DNA from: Candidatus Thorarchaeota archaeon
GTDB taxonomy: Archaea; Asgardarchaeota; Thorarchaeia; Thorarchaeales; Thorarchaeaceae
Reading direction: 5' to 3'
Assembly: GCA_003345595.1 (NCBI GenBank)
Contig: PRDI01000090.1
Location: 1 to 23,520, forward strand
DNA: 23,520 nucleotides
Of this stretch, positions 9,414-17,275 are shown one piece after another (position 1 is the stretch's first letter; each line of letters begins with the position of its first letter). Position numbers and translations under genes: made by a program. Under the pieces are notes generated by a model. The model was not told the DNA's origin. It ran no database searches and saw nothing but the letters and a program-made list of their open reading frames with translations.

Positions 9414-9595
9414 TGTCGCCCAAGTGAATGACAAGAAATCCAGAAGAAACCCATGAAGCACCCATCTGCGTCATTTACGGTGCTATCCGGCAATCAGATG
9501 GGCCGGACCTGTCCAGTGGTGAGGGTACAGTGTTCGCTGACCAGAAGAGGCAAAAGGCATCATGGCCGTAGTGGTCCACTGGAAGGAGAAAAGAG

Positions 9596-10180
9596 TTGGT
9601 CAACAGGGGAATACAGGCAACTGTCTTGGTAGTGGTAGTCGTTTCAGCTGCGTTTGCAGGACTTGTATACACTGGCTGGATTGATCTGCCCGGCTTGGGC
9701 GGAGAGTCACGGATATCATCCATTCGAATGTGTGGTAACACGTCGGATGTACTGTACCCGGAACTCATGGATGCCACATTCTCTCCGGATTCTTTCGGTG
9801 GGTGGCTTGTCACAGCATCTTTTGTCAATGACTCTCTTGGTCCGTACAATGCGACACTATATGATGCAAGCTTCACAGCAAGTGCTACTGAAGTGGAAGA
9901 CATCAACAATGCCTTGCACGATGGACTGAGCCAGACTTATGCTTCAAATGACTCATTTGCTGGCGTATTGCCACATATTGCATTCGACATGCTGATTTCC
10001 TACAAGGATGGTACATGGATCTACGTAATCAAGTTCCTGACTGTGAAAGGGCACATCATGACCCGGAGCGGTTCGGGAACGCCAGACACGCAACTGACTT
10101 CCGACCTTCTCGAGCCGGGGAGCGCCCTTGACGGGCTGATTCTGGCAATCAACGACGTGTTTGCCAAATACTTGGGCTAA
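9596..10180 (+). CDS. Hypothetical membrane-anchored/secreted protein
   Basis: AAGGAG RBS and TTG start. N-terminal hydrophobic helix (ATVLVVVVVSAAFAGLVY) followed by an acidic Ser/Thr/Asn-rich domain with N-x-S/T sequons. Confidence 0.7.
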   Translation: MVNRGIQATVLVVVVVSAAFAGLVYTGWIDLPGLGGESRISSIRMCGNTSDVLYPELMDATFSPDSFGGWLVTASFVNDSLGPYNATLYDASFTASATEVEDINNALHDGLSQTYASNDSFAGVLPHIAFDMLISYKDGTWIYVIKFLTVKGHIMTRSGSGTPDTQLTSDLLEPGSALDGLILAINDVFAKYLG

Positions 10181-10350
10181 CGAGGTGAAGCCGCATGGCC
10201 GACGGACTACTTGAAAGTCCTGATGGGGTTTCGTGATCCTTTGCTTATCTAGGGAGAGGAGTCTGTGACTCTCATGGTCAATGCACTTTGTACGTATTTT
10301 GCTGACCAGAAAGAAACACCCGGAAGGTCATCTAAAGTCGCTACACGCAC

Positions 10351-10698
10351 CTAGACCGAGTGACTGGTCTTACAGTCCTCGAAGATATCTCCGAACGCAT
10401 GATAGAAGTAGCGGCGTGCCTCCACGAGACCTTGCTTGCCCGTTTCTGTCAGAGTGTAGACGACTTGTTTTCCATCCGAGGTCCCGTCAATCAACTTGCG
10501 GACGGCTAAGTCCCTGAGTGCGGGGTAGATGGTGCCCGGGGTCGGTCGGCTTCCACGGCGTTCGGCAATTCGTCTTGCGAGTTCCTGTCCGTTCATGGGC
10601 TTCTTGCTCAATTCCCATAGAATCTGAAATGAGAGCATACCACGCATGTCACAACACGATGGCGGACAGCATTCTTCCGAATCCGGGACCCGTGACAT
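10351..10698 (-). CDS. PadR-family transcriptional regulator with Cys-rich N-terminus (CCPPSCC)
   Basis: RGMLSFQILWELSKKPMNGQEL...PTPGTIYPALRDL...VVYTLTETG is the PadR wHTH signature. ATG at 10698. Confidence 0.88.
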   Translation of the reverse strand: MSRVPDSEECCPPSCCDMRGMLSFQILWELSKKPMNGQELARRIAERRGSRPTPGTIYPALRDLAVRKLIDGTSDGKQVVYTLTETGKQGLVEARRYFYHAFGDIFEDCKTSHSV

Positions 10699-10704
10699 AA
10701 GTCG

Positions 10705-10752
10705 TATTGGGTGACCAATATATTTATATCTTGTTGTATCGGGCATCCAATA
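10705..10752. promoter_or_regulatory. Divergent padR/arsM promoter with two TATTGG-N4-CCAATA operator palindromes flanking a TATA-like box
   Basis: tattgg-gtga-ccaata (10705-10720, perfect) and tatcgg-gcat-ccaata (10737-10752, one mismatch), 32 bp apart, with TATTTATAT between them. Confidence 0.7.
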
Positions 10753-10790
10753 ACGTGATATCTGGCACCCTGTAATGTGGTGGTCATTGA

Positions 10791-11537
10791 ATGAGAGCCA
10801 AAGGTGAGTCTGTTAAGAAACATGTGCAGGAGCACTACTCCGCTGTAGCGAAGAGGGCCGAAGCCCCATGTTCGTGTTCGTGCTGCGGACCAGTGTCCAA
10901 GGAGCAGTACGCTGAGATGATAGGTTACACGAAGACCCAGCTTGCCGCACTGCCTCAAGGCGCTATGGCAGCCAGTGCAGGATGTGGTAACCCAGCTGCT
11001 CTTGCTGGACTGAAACAAGGAGAGGTCGTCCTCGACCTGGGATCCGGTGGCGGCATTGATGTATTCCTGGCCGCAAGGGCGGTGGGCCCCACTGGCCGAG
11101 CAATCGGCGTGGACATGACTCAGGACATGATTGACTTGGCCAAGAAAGGCGCAGAGGAAATGGGACTTGGCAACGTCGAGTTCAGACTGGGTGACATCGA
11201 GAGCCTGCCTCTGGAAGACGATACCGTCGACGTAATCATATCTAACTGCGTCATCAATCTCGCGCCCGACAAGGACAAGGTGTTCAAGGAGGCCTACAGG
11301 GTCCTGAAGCCGGGTGGAAGGCTCATGGTTTCAGACATCGTGACAAAAGGGGAACTACCAAAGGTCGTTAGAAACGATCCGGACGCGTGGGCTGGATGTG
11401 TGGCAGGAGCTCTTGATGAGAAAGTATACCTGAGCAAGATCCGTGCCGCAGGGTTCCATGATGTCAAGGTTGTTTCCAAGAAACCGTTCGTGGAACTGGT
11501 GTACAGTGCTGAGGTAGAGGCACACAAGCCTGCCTAG
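10791..11537 (+). CDS. arsM: Arsenite S-adenosylmethionine methyltransferase
   Basis: [56 protein letters not shown]. Confidence 0.92.
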   Translation: MRAKGESVKKHVQEHYSAVAKRAEAPCSCSCCGPVSKEQYAEMIGYTKTQLAALPQGAMAASAGCGNPAALAGLKQGEVVLDLGSGGGIDVFLAARAVGPTGRAIGVDMTQDMIDLAKKGAEEMGLGNVEFRLGDIESLPLEDDTVDVIISNCVINLAPDKDKVFKEAYRVLKPGGRLMVSDIVTKGELPKVVRNDPDAWAGCVAGALDEKVYLSKIRAAGFHDVKVVSKKPFVELVYSAEVEAHKPA

Positions 11538-11540
11538 AGT

Positions 11541-11699
11541 ATGAGAAGGAGGAAAACCAAGGTGAGGTCAAAGCAAGATAAGTCCAATCGAGAAACTCGG
11601 CTGTACGACCAAGAGAAACTCGGACTGCAGGACAGCACTGAGAAAGGCCGTAGTCACGCATCATGCTGCACGGTACCAAGCAGTATCTGGGTCGTCTAA
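11541..11699 (+). CDS. Putative small protein (45-52 aa) with vicinal Cys-Cys, downstream of arsM
   Basis: ATG 3 nt after the arsM stop, or in-frame GTG 11562 after AAGGAGGA. Translation: MRRRKTKVRSKQDKSNRETRLYDQEKLGLQDSTEKGRSHASCCTVPSSIWVV*. Confidence 0.45.
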   Translation: MRRRKTKVRSKQDKSNRETRLYDQEKLGLQDSTEKGRSHASCCTVPSSIWVV

Positions 11700-11700
11700 G

Positions 11701-11858
11701 CTGTCTTCTCTCCTATTCCGGGGTCATGTTCCTCGTACAACATCATGTCAGGGTGGACAGAATGACTGACGGATTTGTGATTTGAAACAAGTCCGAAACG
11801 GTGTGCCCGGGCTGTTCTGACGCCGGGCATTGCTTCATCTTCGCCACAGGGAAGACAG
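11701..11858 (+). ncRNA. Candidate multibranch structured RNA element (unknown family)
   Basis: Closing stem ctgtcttc/gaagacag plus four internal hairpins (see findings). Confidence 0.3.
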
Positions 11859-11928
11859 AGCACAAGTGAAAGATTATATGCCGCATCGGACCTCGCCGAC
11901 TCGCGCCCGTCTGGATGGTTGACTTCCG

Positions 11929-12339
11929 ATGCCTCCAAAAGACATGAACCTCATTGTGCTCGGATGCATGCAATGCATGTACAACGCCGCTGACTTAGCG
12001 GGAACGATGAAGATACAATATGATGTGAGCGCCAGAATCATCCGAATGCCATGCACTGCACGTCTCGACATCAACTTCATTCTGAAAGCGTTACAGGAGG
12101 GTGCAGACGGCGTGCTGGTTGTGGGCTGTCATCCGGGCGACTGCGCCTACAAGACGGGAAACTTGGGTGCAGAGAGGAGGGTTCGTTTTGCCAGGAAACT
12201 GATCGGCCAGCTAGGCCTTAACGAGGGGCGCGTGAAGATGGTGTTCGTGAGTGCCGCGGAGGGCGACAAGTTCGCGGCCGAAATCAACCGGTTTGCAGAC
12301 GAGGTTAGGAAGATAGGACCGAACCCAGTGCGCCTGTAG
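11929..12339 (+). CDS. mvhD: Stand-alone hydrogenase iron-sulfur subunit MvhD/FlpD
   Basis: CMQCMYNAADLAG, RMPCTARL, GADGVLVVGCHPGDCAY..GN, VSAAEG.KF, GPNP. Confidence 0.92.
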   Translation: MPPKDMNLIVLGCMQCMYNAADLAGTMKIQYDVSARIIRMPCTARLDINFILKALQEGADGVLVVGCHPGDCAYKTGNLGAERRVRFARKLIGQLGLNEGRVKMVFVSAAEGDKFAAEINRFADEVRKIGPNPVRL

Positions 12340-12355
12340 GGGAAAAGGGAAGTAC

Positions 12356-13681
12356 GTGGCTGAAGAGCACGAGAAGACTGGTTGGCTTCTCAGGGAGAAT
12401 CCAGTCATAATCAACATGTTCACAGCTATCTTCACATTGGGGCTGATGAGTGGTCTTCTCCGCTTCCTGTTTCCTTTCCAAGTACTGGATCTGGGGGGTT
12501 CTGAGGCACTCATCTCTTGGGGCAGCGCCTTCTCGTCGATGGGACAGATTGTCGGCCTACTAGTTGTCAGCAGACTAGTACACGAAAGAAGGAACACCCT
12601 TCTTGTCGCTGGCGGACTACTATCATTGTTTGCCCTGATTGTTGGAGTTACTTCGGATAGTACCGTTCTGGCAGTGGCACGCATCACGGAGGGCGTGGGG
12701 TCTGGTCTTCTCATCATTCTGATCATCCGCGTATCGGCAGAGTTTGGTCCCTCCCGTGGCGAGAGTGTTGGTACTCTTCTAGCAGCGATGTTTCTCGGGT
12801 CTGCGATTGGCCAGGGGCTCGCAGGATGGGCCGTGGAATATCTTGCCCTCCTCATAGCGGCGAGCCAGACTCGGGTGATCATGTTAGTCGGGGCTGCGAT
12901 GTCCGTTCTCTCAGCCGCTGTTCTTGTCATCACGGTGGCACGGGGTGTTGGAGGAGTGGCCAAGCATACTGCGCTCTCAACACACGCGCCCGGTCACACG
13001 CATATCCGTGTTCTTGCGAAGATCGTGTCATCAAGACGAGTCTTGATCCTTGCCTGTGTCTATCTGATTTACGATTTCTCACATGGTATCTACACGCCGG
13101 GTCTCTCAATACTGTTTGAAGGAAATGGAATCCCAATGGAGCAAATCGGGCTCGGATATCTAGTCGGCGACATTGTGTGGGGCATCGTGCAGGTGTACGC
13201 AGGCCGGTATGTGGACCGTGTCGGACACCTAGGCCCTCTGCTCATGAGTCTGATTCTGAAGGGCGCTACAGTCATGCTGTATCCAGGCGCATCGTCCTTC
13301 CCGCTGCTGACGTCCCTTCTCATAGTCGCAGGTGTTTCTGAGGGCTTCCTTGAACCTTCAAGAAACGATGCCGCGATGAGCTTTGCTGGAACGACCGAGT
13401 TAGTTCACGATCACCCACATCACTACCTGGCTCGTGCACAAGGGTTGTCCATCTCTCTGGCAAGCCACAAGCACGAGCATGTCCATACTACCGGCTCCAG
13501 TGAAATCGTGTCCTTCCTACAGACAATAGGCATCGCGGGATTTGCGGTGGGCTCTACAGCAGGTGCTTGGCTACTCTCGCAGGGTTTCATCTTGGCCGAC
13601 TTGACTCTCATAGGCGGAGTACTGCTGATCTGTGCAGGACTGCTGTCAGTCGGACTGCATCAACGTAGATTTTCCTCCTAG
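12356..13681 (+). CDS. MFS transporter with His-rich loops
   Basis: About 12 hydrophobic segments, motif-A-like GRYVDRVG, ARITEGVG, and His clusters HTALSTHAPGHTH and HDHPHHY...HKHEHVH. Confidence 0.85.
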   Translation: MAEEHEKTGWLLRENPVIINMFTAIFTLGLMSGLLRFLFPFQVLDLGGSEALISWGSAFSSMGQIVGLLVVSRLVHERRNTLLVAGGLLSLFALIVGVTSDSTVLAVARITEGVGSGLLIILIIRVSAEFGPSRGESVGTLLAAMFLGSAIGQGLAGWAVEYLALLIAASQTRVIMLVGAAMSVLSAAVLVITVARGVGGVAKHTALSTHAPGHTHIRVLAKIVSSRRVLILACVYLIYDFSHGIYTPGLSILFEGNGIPMEQIGLGYLVGDIVWGIVQVYAGRYVDRVGHLGPLLMSLILKGATVMLYPGASSFPLLTSLLIVAGVSEGFLEPSRNDAAMSFAGTTELVHDHPHHYLARAQGLSISLASHKHEHVHTTGSSEIVSFLQTIGIAGFAVGSTAGAWLLSQGFILADLTLIGGVLLICAGLLSVGLHQRRFSS

Positions 13682-13787
13682 TTGCGTTTTGTCGCCTCTT
13701 GTTTCCGGCTCTTTGACCCGTCGTTGGAGGAACATACGCTATAGTTTAAATGGCGAAGCGACACTCTTCACAATAGTTAATGAGAAG

Positions 13788-14786
13788 GTGCTGAAGACGA
13801 TAGTAGCCTCCCTAGTCGTGTCACTGCGCGAGGGCATTGAAATCGCCCTGATAGTTGCCGTGATCTTGTCATACCTACGAAAGTCGGACCTCCTGAACCT
13901 GGGCAGATACGTTGCTGTGGGGGTCATCCTTGCCGCTTTGACAAGCATCGGGGTGGCGTTGGTAATGGCCGCTGTGTGGGGTACATTCGAGGGACCGGGT
14001 CTCTCAGTGTTTGAAGGCGTGGTTGTCCTTGTGGCTGCCGTTCTACTTACTTCAATGATACTCTGGATGTGGAAGTCAGGCGGAAGGATTTCGTCTGAGA
14101 TAGAAGCGTCGGCAGGGAGGCAAGCCGGCCTGCGTGGCGGTATTGGGTTGCTTCTAGTGAGCTTTGCGCTCATACTGCGTGAGGGCGTTGAGCTTGTTCT
14201 CTTCTCAATGGCACTGGCAGTGGAGGATGCGTTCCAGACCTACGTTGGGATTGGTGCAGGTCTGTTTCTGGCAACAATAGCAGGTTTCGGCATATATCGT
14301 GGGTCGTTTCACATCAGTCTTCGTTCTTTCTTCAAATGGACGTCCGCCTTCCTCATCCTCTTCGCAGCTGGAATGGTGGCATATGGGATACAAGAGCTGC
14401 AGGATGGAGGGCTACTCCTGATAGGTCCACTTCAGCTGTGGAATATCAACCCGCCCCTACTTCCCGATGGCAGTTATCCTTTGCTTCACGAAGATGGGCT
14501 AATCGGGGGTCTGGCCAAGTCTTTGTTTGGCTACGATGGAAACCCCTCAGCATTGGAGGTACTCGGATATCTGTCCTACATCCTCATAGTGTCCGCGTAC
14601 TATCTACGGAACAGACCTATCAAGGACTCGGGGAGGAAACTATCTGAGGCCCCCTCGCAGCAACCTGTCATCTCGAAGCAAATGCCGCCACAGATGAATC
14701 CATATGTGCATCGACCGAACTTCCATTCAGCCCTCTTCTCTCCATTTCAACGGAGGGGGAACCAGCGTACATCAATTCGCACATAG
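13788..14786 (+). CDS. FTR1/EfeU-family high-affinity iron permease
   Basis: Two RExxE motifs (LREGIE, LREGVE), FFKWTSAFLILFAAGM, LFGY..NPS.LE. Start at GTG 13788 or ATA 13800. Confidence 0.92.
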   Translation: MLKTIVASLVVSLREGIEIALIVAVILSYLRKSDLLNLGRYVAVGVILAALTSIGVALVMAAVWGTFEGPGLSVFEGVVVLVAAVLLTSMILWMWKSGGRISSEIEASAGRQAGLRGGIGLLLVSFALILREGVELVLFSMALAVEDAFQTYVGIGAGLFLATIAGFGIYRGSFHISLRSFFKWTSAFLILFAAGMVAYGIQELQDGGLLLIGPLQLWNINPPLLPDGSYPLLHEDGLIGGLAKSLFGYDGNPSALEVLGYLSYILIVSAYYLRNRPIKDSGRKLSEAPSQQPVISKQMPPQMNPYVHRPNFHSALFSPFQRRGNQRTSIRT

Positions 14787-14806
14787 AACAGAGGGGCACG
14801 GAAATA

Positions 14807-15658
14807 GTGTCAAAGACTAAGAAACAGCAGAATGAAGGAGCGTTGAAGTTTCAGAAGCAAAAGATCACGCTCAAAGACCGAATACATGCACTGATTGCAG
14901 ACAGCAAGATTTGCGAGTTGGCGTTTGACGAACTTGAGAATGACATTGAAGTCAAGACGATGCTTGAAGACTCCAACAGAATGGCGATCGACAGACTGAG
15001 CTTTTCGGACCATGGCCACACACACTCGCTAGTTGTCACTATGAACGGGATTCAGCTTCTGCGCACACTGAGACCGGGTGTAGAGCCCTCGATAGTACAG
15101 GAGCAAACTGGCACATTCGAGGACTCAGAGCTTGTTGTCTTGCTCGCCTGTTATCTGCACGACATAGGAATGAGCGTGCACCGCGAGAGACACAATGAGT
15201 TCTCTCTGATGCTAGCAACACCCATAATCAACAGGATCTTGGAGAAGGTGTACCCGAACGACCGACACAAGCAGGTCCACATCAGAGGACACGTACTTCA
15301 CGCAATTCACAGCCATGACAAGATGATAACACCAAGCACGGTCGAAGCAGGTGTCGCTGGTGTGGCAGACGCACTTGACATGACAAAAGGCAGAGCACGC
15401 ATCCCATTTGAAGCGGGAAGTGTCAATATCCACTCTGCGTCAGCCATGGCAATCAACAGTGTCGAGATCAAGAAGGGTGAAACCAAGACCGTGAGGATTG
15501 AGATTTCCATGAGCAATGCCACTGGCATCTTCCAGATTCAAGAACTCCTTGAAAAGAAGATACGAAACGCCAAGCAAATCCTCGACCACATAGAACTGTA
15601 TGCCGTCATGTCCAAGACGGAGGATCGCATACTGGGGAAGGAACTCAGAGTTCTGTGA
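14807..15658 (+). CDS. HD-domain phosphohydrolase (COG3294-like)
   Basis: RLSFSDHGHTH, YLHDIGMSVHR, HAIHSHD, ADALDMTKGRARIPF, IHSASAMAI. Confidence 0.88.
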   Translation: MSKTKKQQNEGALKFQKQKITLKDRIHALIADSKICELAFDELENDIEVKTMLEDSNRMAIDRLSFSDHGHTHSLVVTMNGIQLLRTLRPGVEPSIVQEQTGTFEDSELVVLLACYLHDIGMSVHRERHNEFSLMLATPIINRILEKVYPNDRHKQVHIRGHVLHAIHSHDKMITPSTVEAGVAGVADALDMTKGRARIPFEAGSVNIHSASAMAINSVEIKKGETKTVRIEISMSNATGIFQIQELLEKKIRNAKQILDHIELYAVMSKTEDRILGKELRVL

Positions 15659-15708
15659 AAAATGGTCGAGCACACCTTCCCTGAAGGTGACAGTCACCAA
15701 GGTTAAGA

Positions 15709-15796
15709 CCTAGAAGACTGTGCACTCACACGCTGGAGTGCCCGCCAGAACCTGGCAACTTTCAAGCTGAAAGCACGGGTCACTGCGTGTTCTAGG
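15709..15796. ncRNA. Candidate structured RNA (three-way junction) in the HD-JAMM intergenic region
   Basis: Nested stems cctagaa/ttctagg, acacgc/gcgtgt, agtg/cact, cccg/cggg, enclosing hairpins ccag-aac-ctgg and ctttca-agc-tgaaag. Confidence 0.4.
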
Positions 15797-15849
15797 CTTG
15801 CGTAGGCACTGGTGAAATCGAGAAGACTGTACAGATGGAGCCGGCCCAT

Positions 15850-16263
15850 ATGAGTAAGGTCTTACACTTGTCAGTGGAAAACGTTGCCAAGCTCTACAGT
15901 CATGCTCAAGACTGTCTACCCCTGGAATCTGCTGGTCTTCTCTTTGGCCATCTTGGGGGAAGCGTTGTCACAGTCACACGAGTCGAACTCCTGAAGAATG
16001 CTCTGCGGTCAAGGATCAGGTTCGAAATAGATCCTGTGACCGAATATGAGCTGTTGTTGGATGCTGAAACACGCGGCGAAGAACTGGTTGGGATATTCCA
16101 CTCTCACCCTGCACCGCCCCAGCCATCGGAAGCAGACCTCCAGAACATGAGTCTTAACCCGGTTGTGTGGCTGATAGCATCGAGGACCACGGGGACTTGG
16201 TTGAGTCGCGCCTTTGTACTGAGAAGGAGAAAAGCAGTCGAAGTACCTGTCATCCTGTCCTGA
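15850..16263 (+). CDS. JAMM/MPN+ (M67) metalloprotease
   Basis: PLESAGLLFG and GIFHSHPAPPQPSEADL match E...HxH-x7-S-x2-D. Start 15835 or 15850. Confidence 0.9.
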   Translation: MSKVLHLSVENVAKLYSHAQDCLPLESAGLLFGHLGGSVVTVTRVELLKNALRSRIRFEIDPVTEYELLLDAETRGEELVGIFHSHPAPPQPSEADLQNMSLNPVVWLIASRTTGTWLSRAFVLRRRKAVEVPVILS

Positions 16264-16270
16264 GCAGGCG

Positions 16271-16582
16271 CTATCGTTTTAGTCCTTTCAGCGTGCCTGA
16301 CGTCTGCTCTGGTTCAAATGAAACTTGAGTGCCGTCAATCGAAGACAGGAGCGCTGCCGATGCGAGCACGTTGTCCACTGACTCCGCATTGCACTGCAAG
16401 ATACCCAAGCCGCTCTCCTCATCATAATCATTTATGAAGAGTCTGGAGTCTGCCACGGAGGTTTCACCAAAAAGTGAGAGAAAGCTCTTCCAGATGGCAG
16501 TTGACAGGCGCCGGGCGTCAATGGGCGGACCGACCCTGTGAAGATGAAAGAGCACATATCTCCTTCTTATCGTCCTGTGCAT
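16271..16582 (-). CDS. rnp2: RNase P protein component Pop5/Rpp14 family
   Basis: RRRYVLF, LSLFGE, GILQC, TSGTLKGLK. The ATG lies 1 nt after the Rpp30 stop. Confidence 0.85.
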   Translation of the reverse strand: MHRTIRRRYVLFHLHRVGPPIDARRLSTAIWKSFLSLFGETSVADSRLFINDYDEESGLGILQCNAESVDNVLASAALLSSIDGTQVSFEPEQTSGTLKGLKR

Positions 16583-16583
16583 C

Positions 16584-17270
16584 TTATCCGTCCTCCTTGA
16601 CAATCTCGACTCCAGGGGACACGGATTCTGTTCTCATCTTATGCTCTGAAGCAGCCACTATCTGGTCTGGGACAGAATAGGCCGCTTCCCTTGATTGTCG
16701 CCTGTCCATCCCAAGTAGCGTGCCCACAAACCACATCGCCGATGGTGCTCTCATCAGAATCGGTTCTGTGGCTCCACTGGAGAGAACTATGTGCATGCCT
16801 GCATGCATGGCAGTAGTCACTGATTCTCTGTATACTCTGAGTATCTTGGACCTGTCCAATCCAGACGATGCAAGGAGGGGTGCAATCGGAATCTCTAGGG
16901 CAATCCCGGCTTCAGCTGCCAGAGTCGCAGTGCTCTCTCTAATCACATGGTCCTTCGTTGGTTCGCTGAGTGTCAACAGATCCACCCTTCGGTCTCCTGC
17001 AGCCCAGTTGGAAATCTCGGTGTCCCGCATAGGCACCGAGAGTATCACTGACTGTTTCCTGACGTGCCCGACCTGTTTCCTGAGCGTGTCCAGTTTCTTT
17101 CCCTCGAGGTCTATCCTAGCTAGAATGACTACTCCACTGTCAGTCCTTATCATCGGGCTGCCAAGAGGCAGTGATACGGCAAGCCCTGTGAAACCTATCT
17201 TGCGGGCCATGTCTACGAATGTGTCCATCTTCTCCAGACTGGTAACCCTAGCATTCAAGTCCACAGGCAT
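16584..17270 (-). CDS. rnp3: RNase P protein component Rpp30 (p30)
   Basis: VDLN, ARKIGF, RVDLL, IALEI, IVLSSGA....MRAP, LLGM. Conserved operon context. Confidence 0.85.
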   Translation of the reverse strand: MPVDLNARVTSLEKMDTFVDMARKIGFTGLAVSLPLGSPMIRTDSGVVILARIDLEGKKLDTLRKQVGHVRKQSVILSVPMRDTEISNWAAGDRRVDLLTLSEPTKDHVIRESTATLAAEAGIALEIPIAPLLASSGLDRSKILRVYRESVTTAMHAGMHIVLSSGATEPILMRAPSAMWFVGTLLGMDRRQSREAAYSVPDQIVAASEHKMRTESVSPGVEIVKEDG

Positions 17271-17275
17271 CTGGT

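Noticed and set aside
11590-11645. Short direct repeats as a mini-CRISPR
   Set aside because: The repeats are only 11 bp with 12-16 bp spacers, and there are no cas genes.
11771-11795. Minus-strand GGACUU...CAAAUCC resembling a tRNA-Sec anticodon arm
   Set aside because: It carries an 11-nt insertion, and there is no T-arm (GUUCRA) or acceptor stem, so it is not a tRNA.
11761-11797. Eukaryote-like SECIS (AUGA...AA...GA)
   Set aside because: The helix is too short and the GA quartet is out of register. ArsM and MvhD here use Cys codons, not UGA.
11690-11870. RNase P RNA-like GAGGAA and AGAA-N4-GCUUA on the minus strand
   Set aside because: The motif spacing is wrong, and no CR-I GAGGAAAGUCC able to form P4 is present.
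11696-11973. Minus-strand ORFs of 76-80 aa
   Set aside because: They overlap the mvhD start and promoter and have no RBS or recognisable motif.
15750-15780. UUCA 'anticodon' or glycine-riboswitch-like AACUUUCA
   Set aside because: No cloverleaf, and the other conserved riboswitch nucleotides are missing.
15850-16263. JAMM gene as part of an Asgard ubiquitin operon
   Set aside because: There is no ubiquitin-like, E1, E2 or RING gene in the window.
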